Source of the DNA: Candidatus Uhrbacteria bacterium
GTDB taxonomy: Bacteria > Patescibacteriota > Patescibacteriia > UBA9934 > GWF2-40-263
Direction: 5' to 3'
NCBI GenBank assembly: GCA_023246355.1
Contig: JAHFIQ010000003.1
Span: 13,968-77,967, forward strand
Length of the DNA: 64,000 nt
Shown: positions 38,963 through 47,429 of the stretch, piece after piece
How the letters are laid out: each line of letters opens with the position of its first letter
Numbering within the stretch: position 1 is the first letter of the stretch
The notes under the pieces: model-generated
Databases searched by the model: none
What the model saw: only the letters and a program-made list of their open reading frames with translations
Told to the model about the DNA's origin: nothing
Program-made: the position numbers and the translations under genes

Positions 38963-40380
38963 GCGGAGAGTTTGTTGAGAGCGATTGTTAGTCGAGAAAG
39001 GGTTTCGTCCTTCCCAAGCACCCAGGCGAGTTGAAATGGACTAGCTGACTGCTCTGATCCTGAAAGGGCCACGCGCAAGGGCCAGAGGACATTTCCATTT
39101 TGGAGACTCTTTGATTCAATATACTGCTTTATGGCGTGTTCAATCAATGAGACGTTTTCAAAAACGCTTGGCGAAAATGAACCGACAAGGCCAGACAGGC
39201 CCTGCAGCTGTGCCTGGGCATCTTCTCTTGTAGATTTTTTCCAAACTAAGATACTCGCATCGTAGTCACTGATAGAAAGATACGGACGCACACGATCTGA
39301 CACCTCGCTCAAGACTTCGAGTCGCTCCACCTCCACGGTAAGAATCTTTTTGAGCATCTCGTCTGTCACGACTTCATCGTTTGTCAAAAAGTTTTTTGAT
39401 GCACTCACAAGAGCATCCAGGTCCATGGCTCGCAGATACTGACCATTCATCCATCTCAGCTTTTGCACGTCAAACACCGCGCCACTCTTGTTGACTTTCG
39501 AGAGATCAAACAGTTCGATCAACTCGTCCATTTTGTAAATTTCTCGATCGGCCGTTGGATTAAAACCCAAGAGCGCGACGTAGTTGATGAGGGCTTCTGG
39601 CAAATACCCCTTGGCAAGATAATCCTCCACAGCTACATCGCCCTGCCGTTTTGAAAGTTTGGATTTATCTGGATTCAACACAAGCGGAAGATGTGCAAAC
39701 ACCGGTAGATCCCAACCGAACGATTGGTAGAGATGGACGTGTTTTGGAACGGACGAGATCCATTCCTCTGCTCGGATGATATGCGTGATGCCCATCAAGT
39801 GATCGTCGACAACTACGGCCAAATGATACGTTGGGAACCCGTCACTTTTCATGAGAACCTGATCGTCAATTTCCTCATTGTTGATCGTGATCGAGCCACG
39901 GATGGCGTCTTCAAAGGTTGTGATGCCATCAGGAATTTTCAGTCGAATAACATGAGACTCCCCTGCCGCAAGCCGCTTTTGGATTTCATCTGTGGAAAGA
40001 GAAAGGCAATGACGATCGTACTTGGTGGATTGCTTCACCTGTTGCTGTCGTTCACGCAGTTCTTTGAGACGTTCTGGCGTACAAAAACAATAGTACGCAC
40101 TTCCCTTTTCAAGCAGCATCTGAGCGTGCTCCTGATAGATAGGCAGACGTTCTGATTGAACATACGGCCCTTCATCCCAACTCAGATGCATCTGTTTAAG
40201 CGTCTTCAAAAGGGCTTCCACCGATCCTTCGACGTAACGTGTGCGGTCCGTATCTTCGATGCGAAGCAAAAACGTCCCGTGATTTTTTTTGGCAAAAAAA
40301 TAGTTGTAGAGCGCTGTGCGCAACGATCCAATATGTAGGTAGCCGGTTGGTGATGGGGCAAGACGGGTTTTGATGTTCAT
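38959..40380 (-). CDS. gltX: glutamyl-tRNA synthetase
   Basis: HIGH-type motif (PSPTGYLHIGSLRTAL), KLSKR (KMSKS-type), ends with anticodon-binding helices. Confidence 0.9.
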   Translation of the reverse strand: MNIKTRLAPSPTGYLHIGSLRTALYNYFFAKKNHGTFLLRIEDTDRTRYVEGSVEALLKTLKQMHLSWDEGPYVQSERLPIYQEHAQMLLEKGSAYYCFCTPERLKELRERQQQVKQSTKYDRHCLSLSTDEIQKRLAAGESHVIRLKIPDGITTFEDAIRGSITINNEEIDDQVLMKSDGFPTYHLAVVVDDHLMGITHIIRAEEWISSVPKHVHLYQSFGWDLPVFAHLPLVLNPDKSKLSKRQGDVAVEDYLAKGYLPEALINYVALLGFNPTADREIYKMDELIELFDLSKVNKSGAVFDVQKLRWMNGQYLRAMDLDALVSASKNFLTNDEVVTDEMLKKILTVEVERLEVLSEVSDRVRPYLSISDYDASILVWKKSTREDAQAQLQGLSGLVGSFSPSVFENVSLIEHAIKQYIESKSLQNGNVLWPLRVALSGSEQSASPFQLAWVLGKDETLSRLTIALNKLSA

Positions 40381-41192
40381 ACTTCAGAAAATTGGCGATA
40401 CACTTCAGGAAAGACACGCGAGACGGCCTTCCAGAATCTTCGAGCCTTCAGTGTACTCAAAACGACCACGAATGGAAAGACAACACTCGCGTTCACAATG
40501 CGTCGCCATCGTCGTGGCTCTTTCATCAGTCGCCAGACCCACTCCAGTCCAATTCTCTGAATGGCTTTTGGCGCGCGTTTTTTTTGACCTGAAAGCATAT
40601 CAAGCGCTCCACCCACACCGATCCAGATTCTCACATGCGGGAGCAGAACTCTCATCTGAAACATAAACGCCTCCTGTTTCCCCTGCCCCAAGGCAACGGC
40701 GACAACAGCAGGATTCGCATCTTTGATTTGCTCGATCGTATGTTGGGAGATGTTGACTGTTGTGCCGTCAAATTCCACATGACCGGGATCAACAGCAACC
40801 ACTTGAAGATCTGGCAGGCTTTGCAGCAAACCCATGGCTGTTGACTGTGCGGATCCTGGCGCTCCACCCAAAAGCAACAATCGCCTATTTTTTTGTGAAC
40901 AGAGCCGGGCTAAGTCCTGAAGCACATCAACGCCAGGATGACGATGGTGAAGCGTAGAATCTGTGAGCGCAGCAACGGCATATCTGAGACTGACGGAGTC
41001 TGGAAGTGAGAGATCAGCCGCATTGAGTTGATCTTGAAACGTTTTATTTCTACGCGCCAACAACAAAAACTCGGCATTGGTTGTGACAATGACCTTCCCT
41101 TTTTCAAACTCAAGCCAAGCCAGAAGTTTTTCCTCAAGCTCAGAGTCAGTCAGATCATCAATTCTCACGTCAAAAAGAATATGCTGCTGCAC
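40377..41192 (-). CDS. WecB/TagA/CpsF-family glycosyltransferase (GTG start)
   Basis: Conserved family pattern (LPDSVSLRYA..., GVGGALDMLSG, RIGLEWVWRL). Confidence 0.8.
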   Translation of the reverse strand: MQQHILFDVRIDDLTDSELEEKLLAWLEFEKGKVIVTTNAEFLLLARRNKTFQDQLNAADLSLPDSVSLRYAVAALTDSTLHHRHPGVDVLQDLARLCSQKNRRLLLLGGAPGSAQSTAMGLLQSLPDLQVVAVDPGHVEFDGTTVNISQHTIEQIKDANPAVVAVALGQGKQEAFMFQMRVLLPHVRIWIGVGGALDMLSGQKKRAPKAIQRIGLEWVWRLMKEPRRWRRIVNASVVFPFVVVLSTLKARRFWKAVSRVFPEVYRQFSEV

Positions 41193-41230
41193 ATGTGAGC
41201 ATCATAGCAAAAAATTGGCTTATTCACAGA

Positions 41231-41259
41231 TTGACAAATCGTATTTAGCACTCTACACT
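41231..41259 (+). promoter_or_regulatory. sigma70-type promoter upstream of clpB (TTGACA - 17 nt - TACACT) overlapping CIRCE
   Basis: TTGACA at 41231-41236, 17-nt spacer, TACACT at 41254-41259. Confidence 0.6.
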
Positions 41260-41271
41260 TGTGAGTGCTAA
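41245..41271 (+). promoter_or_regulatory. CIRCE element (HrcA operator) TTAGCACTC-N9-GAGTGCTAA
   Basis: Perfect match to the CIRCE consensus read directly: TTAGCACTC TACACTTGT GAGTGCTAA. Confidence 0.85.
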
Positions 41272-41286
41272 ATGATTTTTTGAAAA

Positions 41287-41379
41287 GGATTTGAGTGGCA
41301 CGGTGTCTGACCCTGGCCGGCTAGCGCAGGCCGAAGGCCGAGCACCGACAGGGTCTGCACCGTGACGAGGCTCAAATCC
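41287..41379 (+). other. 93-nt imperfect hairpin in the clpB 5' leader (structured RNA element / possible thermosensor or processing site)
   Basis: GGATTTGAG...CACGGTG..TCTGACCCTG // CAGGGTCTGCACCGTG...CTCAAATCC arms pair with internal bulges. Lies between CIRCE and the clpB ATG at 41393. Confidence 0.5.
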
Positions 41380-41392
41380 TAATTGCGAATAT

Positions 41393-44056
41393 ATGATGCC
41401 AAATAATTTTACACACAAATCCCAAGAGGCCTTGCAGATGGCGCATCACATTGCCGTGGAGCATGGCCAGCAAACGCTGGAGCCAATCCATCTCCTCTCT
41501 TCCCTACTCACGCAGGACGACGGCGTGGTCGGTGCACTCGTGGACAAAATCACACCAGCACGTGGAAACCTGCGAGGCGAAGTCGATCACATCCTCGATT
41601 CCCTTCCAAAAACCGGTGGTGGTTCGCCAGGAGGCCTTGCGCAAATTTACATGAGCCAACAGATGGCGGCCGTGCTAGCTCAGGCTCACAAAAAAACGAA
41701 AGCCTTCAAAGACGAATTTATCTCCACGGAGCATTTGTTTTTGGGATTGCTTTCAAACAAGGCGATCAATCGGCTTCTGCTTGGGTACAACATCACTGAA
41801 GAATCCGTCATGACGGCACTCAAGGATGTTCGTGGCAACCAACGCGTTGACTCGCCAGAGCCTGAGGGCCGCTACCAAGCTTTGCAAAAGTACGGCCTTG
41901 ATCTCACTCAGGCTGCACGTGATGGCAAGCTTGATCCGATTATTGGTCGAGACATGGAGATCCGTCGGCTCATGCAGGTTCTCTCACGACGCACAAAAAA
42001 TAATCCTGTACTCATTGGAGAAGCTGGGGTTGGAAAAACAGCGGTAGTCGAAGGACTGGCGCAGCGGATTGTCTCCGGGGACGTCCCAGAACTCCTTAAA
42101 GATAAGGTCGTTGTTTCTCTCGACCTAGGCGCGCTTGTTGCTGGAACAAAATATCGTGGGGAGTTTGAAGATCGCCTGAAGGCTGTCATCAAGGAAATTG
42201 AAAATTCAAGCGGACGCATTATTTTGTTTATTGACGAATTGCATACAATCGTTGGAACCGGAACCGTGGAGGGTGGCTCCATGGATGCGTCAAACATTTT
42301 GAAGCCCGCCCTGGCTCGTGGGAACCTGCGCGCCATCGGAGCAACCACGCTCAAGGAGTATCAAAAACACATTGAAAAAGACGCAGCGCTTGAGCGACGT
42401 TTTCAGCCCGTGATCGTGGAGGAACCAAGCGTCCAGGATACGATCGCGATTTTGCGCGGCATCAAAGAAAAATATGAAGTGCATCACGGTGTGCGCATTT
42501 CAGATCCATCAATCGTGGCGGCGGCACAGCTCTCGCATCGCTACATCACGGATCGCAACCTGCCAGACAAGGCCGTTGATTTGATGGACGAGGCTGGGTC
42601 AGCTCTGCGCATGCAAATCGATTCCATGCCAGAGGAACTCGATAAATTGAAACGCGATCTGATGCGTCTGGAGATTGAACAGAAGGCCCTCCAAAAAGAA
42701 GAAGATCGCGAATCAAAGGAACGCCTGCGCGACATTGAAAAACACATTGCGGATTTGCGCGAAGCAACGCAGGGGCTGGAAGGTCGCTGGCAAAATGAAA
42801 AGAAAAAAATCACTGAAATTCAGGAAGCCAAGTCAGACATCGATCGACTGCGAGCACAAGCCGAAGCCGAGGAACGTCGCGGGGACCTGGAAAAGGTCGC
42901 TGAGATTCGCTACGCAAAACTTCCAGCCGCAGAAAAGAAACTGCGCAAGATTGAATCAGAACTGGTGAGTCTTCAAAAAGAGCGCGGGCTCTTGAAAGAA
43001 GTTGTTGGTGAGGAGGACATTGCCCAGGTTGTTTCCCGCTGGACGCATATTCCCGTTTCCAAAATGCTTGAATCGGAAATGGAAAAGCTCGCAGACATGG
43101 AAACCGAGCTTGTCAAACGCGTTGTGGGACAAGAGGAAGCCATTAAGGCCGTTTCAAATGCGCTACGCCGTTCGCGGGCTGGCATTGGCGAGGAAAAACG
43201 GCCGATCGGTTCGTTTATTTTCTTGGGTCCAACCGGTGTAGGAAAGACCGAGCTTGCACGTGCTCTGGCTGAATTTATGTTCAACGATGAGTCTGCGCTC
43301 ATACGTTTGGACATGTCTGAATACATGGAAAAGCATGCGGTTTCAAAAATCATCGGCTCCCCGCCTGGATACGTCGGTTACGAAGAAGGCGGACAGCTCA
43401 CCGAAATCGTGCGTCGCAAGCCGTATGCGGTTTTGCTGTTTGACGAAATTGAAAAAGCCCATCCAGATACGTTTAATTTGCTCCTGCAAATTCTTGACGA
43501 CGGACATCTCACAGATGCCAAGGGTCGCAAGATCAACTTCAAAAATACAATCATCATCATGACTTCCAATATTGGTTCGGAATTCATTTTGAACGTTGGA
43601 CAGTCAAAGTCTGCGATGGGATTTGAGGATGGCGATAGTGAAAAGTCAGACGAGGACGAAACACGCGATCGTGTGCTTTCCATGCTCAAAGATCACTTCC
43701 GTCCTGAGTTTTTGAACCGCATCGACGATGTGATTGTCTTCCACGGACTCAAGGAGGCTCAGATCGAGAAAATCGTCGAGCTGCAACTCCAGATTGTCAG
43801 CGCGCGTCTCAAAACCCAACGTGGCATCACGATTACCATCTCCGAATCCGCAAAGAAACTCCTGGCCGAACAAGGCTTTGACCCAGATTACGGCGCACGT
43901 CCATTGAAGCGGGTGATCCAGTCGTTGATCCTCGATCCCCTCGCTCTGAAGATTGTAAGCGGCGAAGTTCATGAGGGTGAACGGGTCGCGATCAACTCAA
44001 AAGACAACGAGATCGTGTTTCAATCAAAAAAGCCGGCAAAGGTGAAGGTTGGCTAA
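41393..44056 (+). CDS. clpB: ATP-dependent chaperone ClpB
   Basis: 887 aa. Two AAA+ modules ([16 protein letters not shown]), long middle coiled coil, N-domain. Confidence 0.95.
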   Translation: MMPNNFTHKSQEALQMAHHIAVEHGQQTLEPIHLLSSLLTQDDGVVGALVDKITPARGNLRGEVDHILDSLPKTGGGSPGGLAQIYMSQQMAAVLAQAHKKTKAFKDEFISTEHLFLGLLSNKAINRLLLGYNITEESVMTALKDVRGNQRVDSPEPEGRYQALQKYGLDLTQAARDGKLDPIIGRDMEIRRLMQVLSRRTKNNPVLIGEAGVGKTAVVEGLAQRIVSGDVPELLKDKVVVSLDLGALVAGTKYRGEFEDRLKAVIKEIENSSGRIILFIDELHTIVGTGTVEGGSMDASNILKPALARGNLRAIGATTLKEYQKHIEKDAALERRFQPVIVEEPSVQDTIAILRGIKEKYEVHHGVRISDPSIVAAAQLSHRYITDRNLPDKAVDLMDEAGSALRMQIDSMPEELDKLKRDLMRLEIEQKALQKEEDRESKERLRDIEKHIADLREATQGLEGRWQNEKKKITEIQEAKSDIDRLRAQAEAEERRGDLEKVAEIRYAKLPAAEKKLRKIESELVSLQKERGLLKEVVGEEDIAQVVSRWTHIPVSKMLESEMEKLADMETELVKRVVGQEEAIKAVSNALRRSRAGIGEEKRPIGSFIFLGPTGVGKTELARALAEFMFNDESALIRLDMSEYMEKHAVSKIIGSPPGYVGYEEGGQLTEIVRRKPYAVLLFDEIEKAHPDTFNLLLQILDDGHLTDAKGRKINFKNTIIIMTSNIGSEFILNVGQSKSAMGFEDGDSEKSDEDETRDRVLSMLKDHFRPEFLNRIDDVIVFHGLKEAQIEKIVELQLQIVSARLKTQRGITITISESAKKLLAEQGFDPDYGARPLKRVIQSLILDPLALKIVSGEVHEGERVAINSKDNEIVFQSKKPAKVKVG

Positions 44057-44115
44057 AGTCGCCAAGAAAACGATCAGGTCTAGATATCGGAACCCAAGAC
44101 TTAATGCCACACTTT

Positions 44116-44141
44116 TTCGTACGTACGAACTTTTGTCGACA
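44116..44141. promoter_or_regulatory. palindromic site TTCGTACGTACGAA followed by TGTCGACA (putative operator)
   Basis: Perfect 14-bp palindrome at 44116-44129 and 8-bp palindrome TGTCGACA at 44134-44141, between clpB and the AKR gene. Same composite motif as at 51361-51387. Confidence 0.5.
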
Positions 44142-44219
44142 AAGCAGGACTGACAGTTGTTCACCGGGGTGAAAATTCGTCATCGTTTCTCAGCGTGCTT
44201 TGTGGTAGTCTGGGACAGT

Positions 44220-45155
44220 ATGAATTCATCAACTACAGAGCTCACCCTAAATACCGGAGCTAAAATGCCTTTGCTTGGCCTGGGAACCTGGAATGCTCCC
44301 AAGGATAAAGTTGGCGCAGCAGTAGAGATGGCACTGACACGTCACGGCTACTCACACATTGATTGTGCACACGTCTATGAGAATGAAGTAGAAGTCGGTG
44401 CAGCCTTCAATCGGGTGTTTTCAAACAGTGCTCGTAGGCGTGAAGACGTATTCATCACTAGTAAACTTTGGAATTACGATCACGCCAAAGCAGATGTTCG
44501 AACCGCTTGTGAGAAAACATTACAGGATCTCCAGCTCGATTATCTCGATCTGTATCTCATGCACTTTGGTATTGCCTCGCCTCATGACGGTCGCATCGAG
44601 CCCGTCGATAAGGATGGTTTTCTCCTTCCAGCAAAGGTGTCCGTCCGTGAGACCTGGGAAGCGATGGAGGAGTTGATCGGGGCAGGGCTTGTGAAGGCAA
44701 TTGGTATTTCGAACTTCACCGCACCGATGATCGTCGATCTGCTGACCTACGCCCGGATTGTCCCAGCTGTGAACCAAATTGAACTTCATCCCTACTGCCA
44801 GCAGCCACGCACACTGGAGTTCTGTGAGCATCTCGGCATCACCGTTACCGCCTATTCTCCACTTGGTTCACAGGTTGAAATGAACAATGGAAAGCCGCCG
44901 CTGCTTGAGGATCCAACAATCAAGTCAGTTGCCGAGCGACTCGGAAGGTCGCCGGCACAGGTCTGTCTTCGATGGGGCGTGCAACGAGGAACCGCGGTCA
45001 TTCCAAAGAGCTCAACAGATCCTCACATAAAGGAAAACGCTGAAATCTTTCACTTTGATCTCAGCAACGATGACATGCGTCAACTCGCTGTCCTCGATCG
45101 CCGCCTACACTATGTTGACCCGTACGAGTGGTGGAAGATCCCTTACTTTGAGTGA
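44220..45155 (+). CDS. aldo/keto reductase (AKR) family oxidoreductase
   Basis: MPLLGLGTWNAPKDKV...HIDCAHVYENE catalytic tetrad region, IPKSSTDPHIKEN C-terminal motif. Start at ATG 44220. Confidence 0.85.
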   Translation: MNSSTTELTLNTGAKMPLLGLGTWNAPKDKVGAAVEMALTRHGYSHIDCAHVYENEVEVGAAFNRVFSNSARRREDVFITSKLWNYDHAKADVRTACEKTLQDLQLDYLDLYLMHFGIASPHDGRIEPVDKDGFLLPAKVSVRETWEAMEELIGAGLVKAIGISNFTAPMIVDLLTYARIVPAVNQIELHPYCQQPRTLEFCEHLGITVTAYSPLGSQVEMNNGKPPLLEDPTIKSVAERLGRSPAQVCLRWGVQRGTAVIPKSSTDPHIKENAEIFHFDLSNDDMRQLAVLDRRLHYVDPYEWWKIPYFE

Positions 45156-45197
45156 CAGACAACCAAAAAAGCACGCAAAAATGAAGATCGTCTGAAG

Positions 45198-45206
45198 TGG
45201 TATAAT
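45198..45206 (+). promoter_or_regulatory. extended -10 element TGgTATAAT. Transcript predicted to be leaderless or nearly so (ATG at 45216).
   Basis: TGGTATAAT at 45198-45206 read directly. Only 9 nt from the end of the -10 box to the ATG. Confidence 0.45.
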
Positions 45207-45215
45207 GGCTGAGTC

Positions 45216-46628
45216 ATGAAAAAGCTCAGCTTTTTAGTTTTGCTTGCGGTGGTGGGCTCTATCCCCTCACCTCTTTTCGCAGCGGACGCGACATTCAATC
45301 CGTATTTTTTGCTTTCAGATGCAGATATGACAGATACGGAAAGCATGTCTCTCACAGATGTCTCCCGATTTTTAACAAGAGGTGGCCTCGCTTCCTACAC
45401 AGACACAGATATTGACGGAGAGGATAAAACGGCTTCCGAACTGATCTGGAACGCCGCACAAGAATTTGAACTTAGCCCGAAATTTTTGTTGACGCTGTTG
45501 CAACGTGAGCAAAGTCTTGTGGAAGATCCAACCCCATCGGATGATCAGCTCGCCTGGGCCATGGGCTATGCCGTCTGCGATGACTGCTCAAAATCAGATC
45601 CGCGCATTCAAAAATTCAAAGGCTTTGCCTCACAGGTGCATTATGCCGCAGCGCGCATCCGGGAGTCGTATCTCACTGATCTTGAGGAGCGCGGCTACAC
45701 GGAAACAGGTGTCGGTCCAGGTATTGAAATAACCATCGACAACACCACGGTCGTTCCGGTCAATTTTGCCACTTCATCGCTGTACACCTACACCCCGCAT
45801 CTGCATGGGAATGAAAATTTTGTCTCGATCTGGGAACGCTGGTTTGGTCAGGAGTTTCCCACGGGCTCCCTGCTCCAAGACAAAGACACAGGCGGCATTT
45901 GGCTCATTCAAAACAACGAGCGACGACCGATCACATCGCGCGCAGCCTTCTTTTCGCGATTCAACGTCAACACGGTTGTGGCCGTGAGTGGCACGACGCT
46001 TGCATCCTATCCCATCGGCAACGCGATCAGTTTTCCAAACTATTCCTTGTTGCGCTCACCTGGAGGCACGGTCTATCTTCTCGTTGATGACACACGTCGA
46101 GGATTCACATCACAGGAAGCCTTTCGCTCGCTTGGATTTAACCCCGATGAAATCGTTGACGTGAGCTGGGACGATTTGAATGTGTACACAGAAGCAACGC
46201 CGATTAGCGTGGAGACCGTCTATCCACAAGGAGCTCTCCTCCAAGACAAGACAACCGGTGGCGTGTTCTACGTAGAGAACGGCGAAAAGCACCCGATCGT
46301 GTCACGCGAAATTCTTGCCAATCGCTTTGCCGACCAAACAATCGTCCCTGTCGATCCGGAAAATCTCGAGAGTTATCCTCGTGCCGAGGAAGTTGGTTTT
46401 GCAGACGGAACCCTCATTGGCGTGACAGGCTCGCCTGATATCTTTGTTGTTTCCGAAGGCCTTCGCCGTCCCATTCTCGATGAGGTCACGTTTTTCACCT
46501 ACGGTTGGAGTTTTGACCAGGTCGTGTGGACCAACGAACGATCTGTACTGTTGCATCCACTGGGTGAAGCCGTATCAACGGATTTGGATCAAGAAGAAGA
46601 CGATGTCGAAATCGCCACAACTCACTAG
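45216..46628 (+). CDS. secreted hypothetical protein with two internal ~110-aa repeats
   Basis: Signal peptide MKKLSFLVLLAVVGSIPSPLFA. Repeated module GSLLQDKDTGGIWLIQNNERRPITSRAAFFSRF... / GALLQDKTTGGVFYVENGEKHPIVSREILANRF... Confidence 0.5.
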   Translation: MKKLSFLVLLAVVGSIPSPLFAADATFNPYFLLSDADMTDTESMSLTDVSRFLTRGGLASYTDTDIDGEDKTASELIWNAAQEFELSPKFLLTLLQREQSLVEDPTPSDDQLAWAMGYAVCDDCSKSDPRIQKFKGFASQVHYAAARIRESYLTDLEERGYTETGVGPGIEITIDNTTVVPVNFATSSLYTYTPHLHGNENFVSIWERWFGQEFPTGSLLQDKDTGGIWLIQNNERRPITSRAAFFSRFNVNTVVAVSGTTLASYPIGNAISFPNYSLLRSPGGTVYLLVDDTRRGFTSQEAFRSLGFNPDEIVDVSWDDLNVYTEATPISVETVYPQGALLQDKTTGGVFYVENGEKHPIVSREILANRFADQTIVPVDPENLESYPRAEEVGFADGTLIGVTGSPDIFVVSEGLRRPILDEVTFFTYGWSFDQVVWTNERSVLLHPLGEAVSTDLDQEEDDVEIATTH

Positions 46629-46631
46629 ACT

Positions 46632-47429
46632 ATGCTCGTATTTGCCGCCATCACCCCACACACCCCGCTGCTCATCCCAACCATTGGGAAAGAAAATCTC
46701 AAAGCCATGCAGGCCACAGGGACGGCCATGAAACGCGTGGCGGAAGATTTTTATCTCTCTGCCCCAGAAACCGTCATCGTCATCTCCAGTCATGCCACAC
46801 AGTACACAGATGCGTTTGCGATCAATCTTCACGAGACTTACTCGATTGACTTCAAAGATTTCGGCGATCTCTCAACCAGCCGCTCGCTTGAGCCAGATCT
46901 TGAAACGATCACGTTGATTCAACGGGCCATGCGTGGGGCCCATATTCCTCTGACACTGGATTCTGCTTCCTCACTCGATTACGGCACAGGCGTTCCCCTC
47001 ACCTATCTTCTAGAAAAATCTCCTCACGTTCAGGTCGTCCCCCTTTCCCATGCCGGACTTACGTCACGTGATCATGTCCGTTTTGGAAACATCCTCAAGG
47101 ACGTCATTGACGCATCAAAAAAACGTATCGCGATCATTGCTTCTGGTGATCTGGCGCATTCCATCACCTCGGACTCACCCCTTGGATTTCGTCCTGAAGG
47201 CGAGGCGTATGATCATCGAGTTGTCGAAGCGGTAAAAAATCATTCCCTCTCCTCGCTCCTTTCCTTGGACGAAGAGACCGTCAGCAAGTCCGGACAATGT
47301 TTACACGAACAACTCCTCATCCTTCTGGGAATACTTGAAAAGACGCAAACCCGACCTAAAGTCATCAGCTACGAACACCCATTTGGCGTCGGCTATCTCG
47401 TGGCCGAATTTCATCTCACTGACCTATGA
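46632..47429 (+). CDS. class III extradiol-dioxygenase-fold protein (LigB/YgiD/Memo superfamily)
   Basis: 265 aa; His-rich motifs (ISSHATQ, PLSHAGL, ASGDLAHS) typical of the LigB/Memo fold. Precise subfamily unresolved. Confidence 0.5.
   Translation: MLVFAAITPHTPLLIPTIGKENLKAMQATGTAMKRVAEDFYLSAPETVIVISSHATQYTDAFAINLHETYSIDFKDFGDLSTSRSLEPDLETITLIQRAMRGAHIPLTLDSASSLDYGTGVPLTYLLEKSPHVQVVPLSHAGLTSRDHVRFGNILKDVIDASKKRIAIIASGDLAHSITSDSPLGFRPEGEAYDHRVVEAVKNHSLSSLLSLDEETVSKSGQCLHEQLLILLGILEKTQTRPKVISYEHPFGVGYLVAEFHLTDL

Noticed and set aside
41287-41379. Possible tRNA (contains GGCTCAAATCC resembling a T-arm)
   Set aside because: The region folds as one long hairpin, not a cloverleaf. It has no D-arm or anticodon arm and no CCA/discriminator context. 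It sits in the clpB leader right after CIRCE, so I interpret it as a 5'-UTR structure instead.
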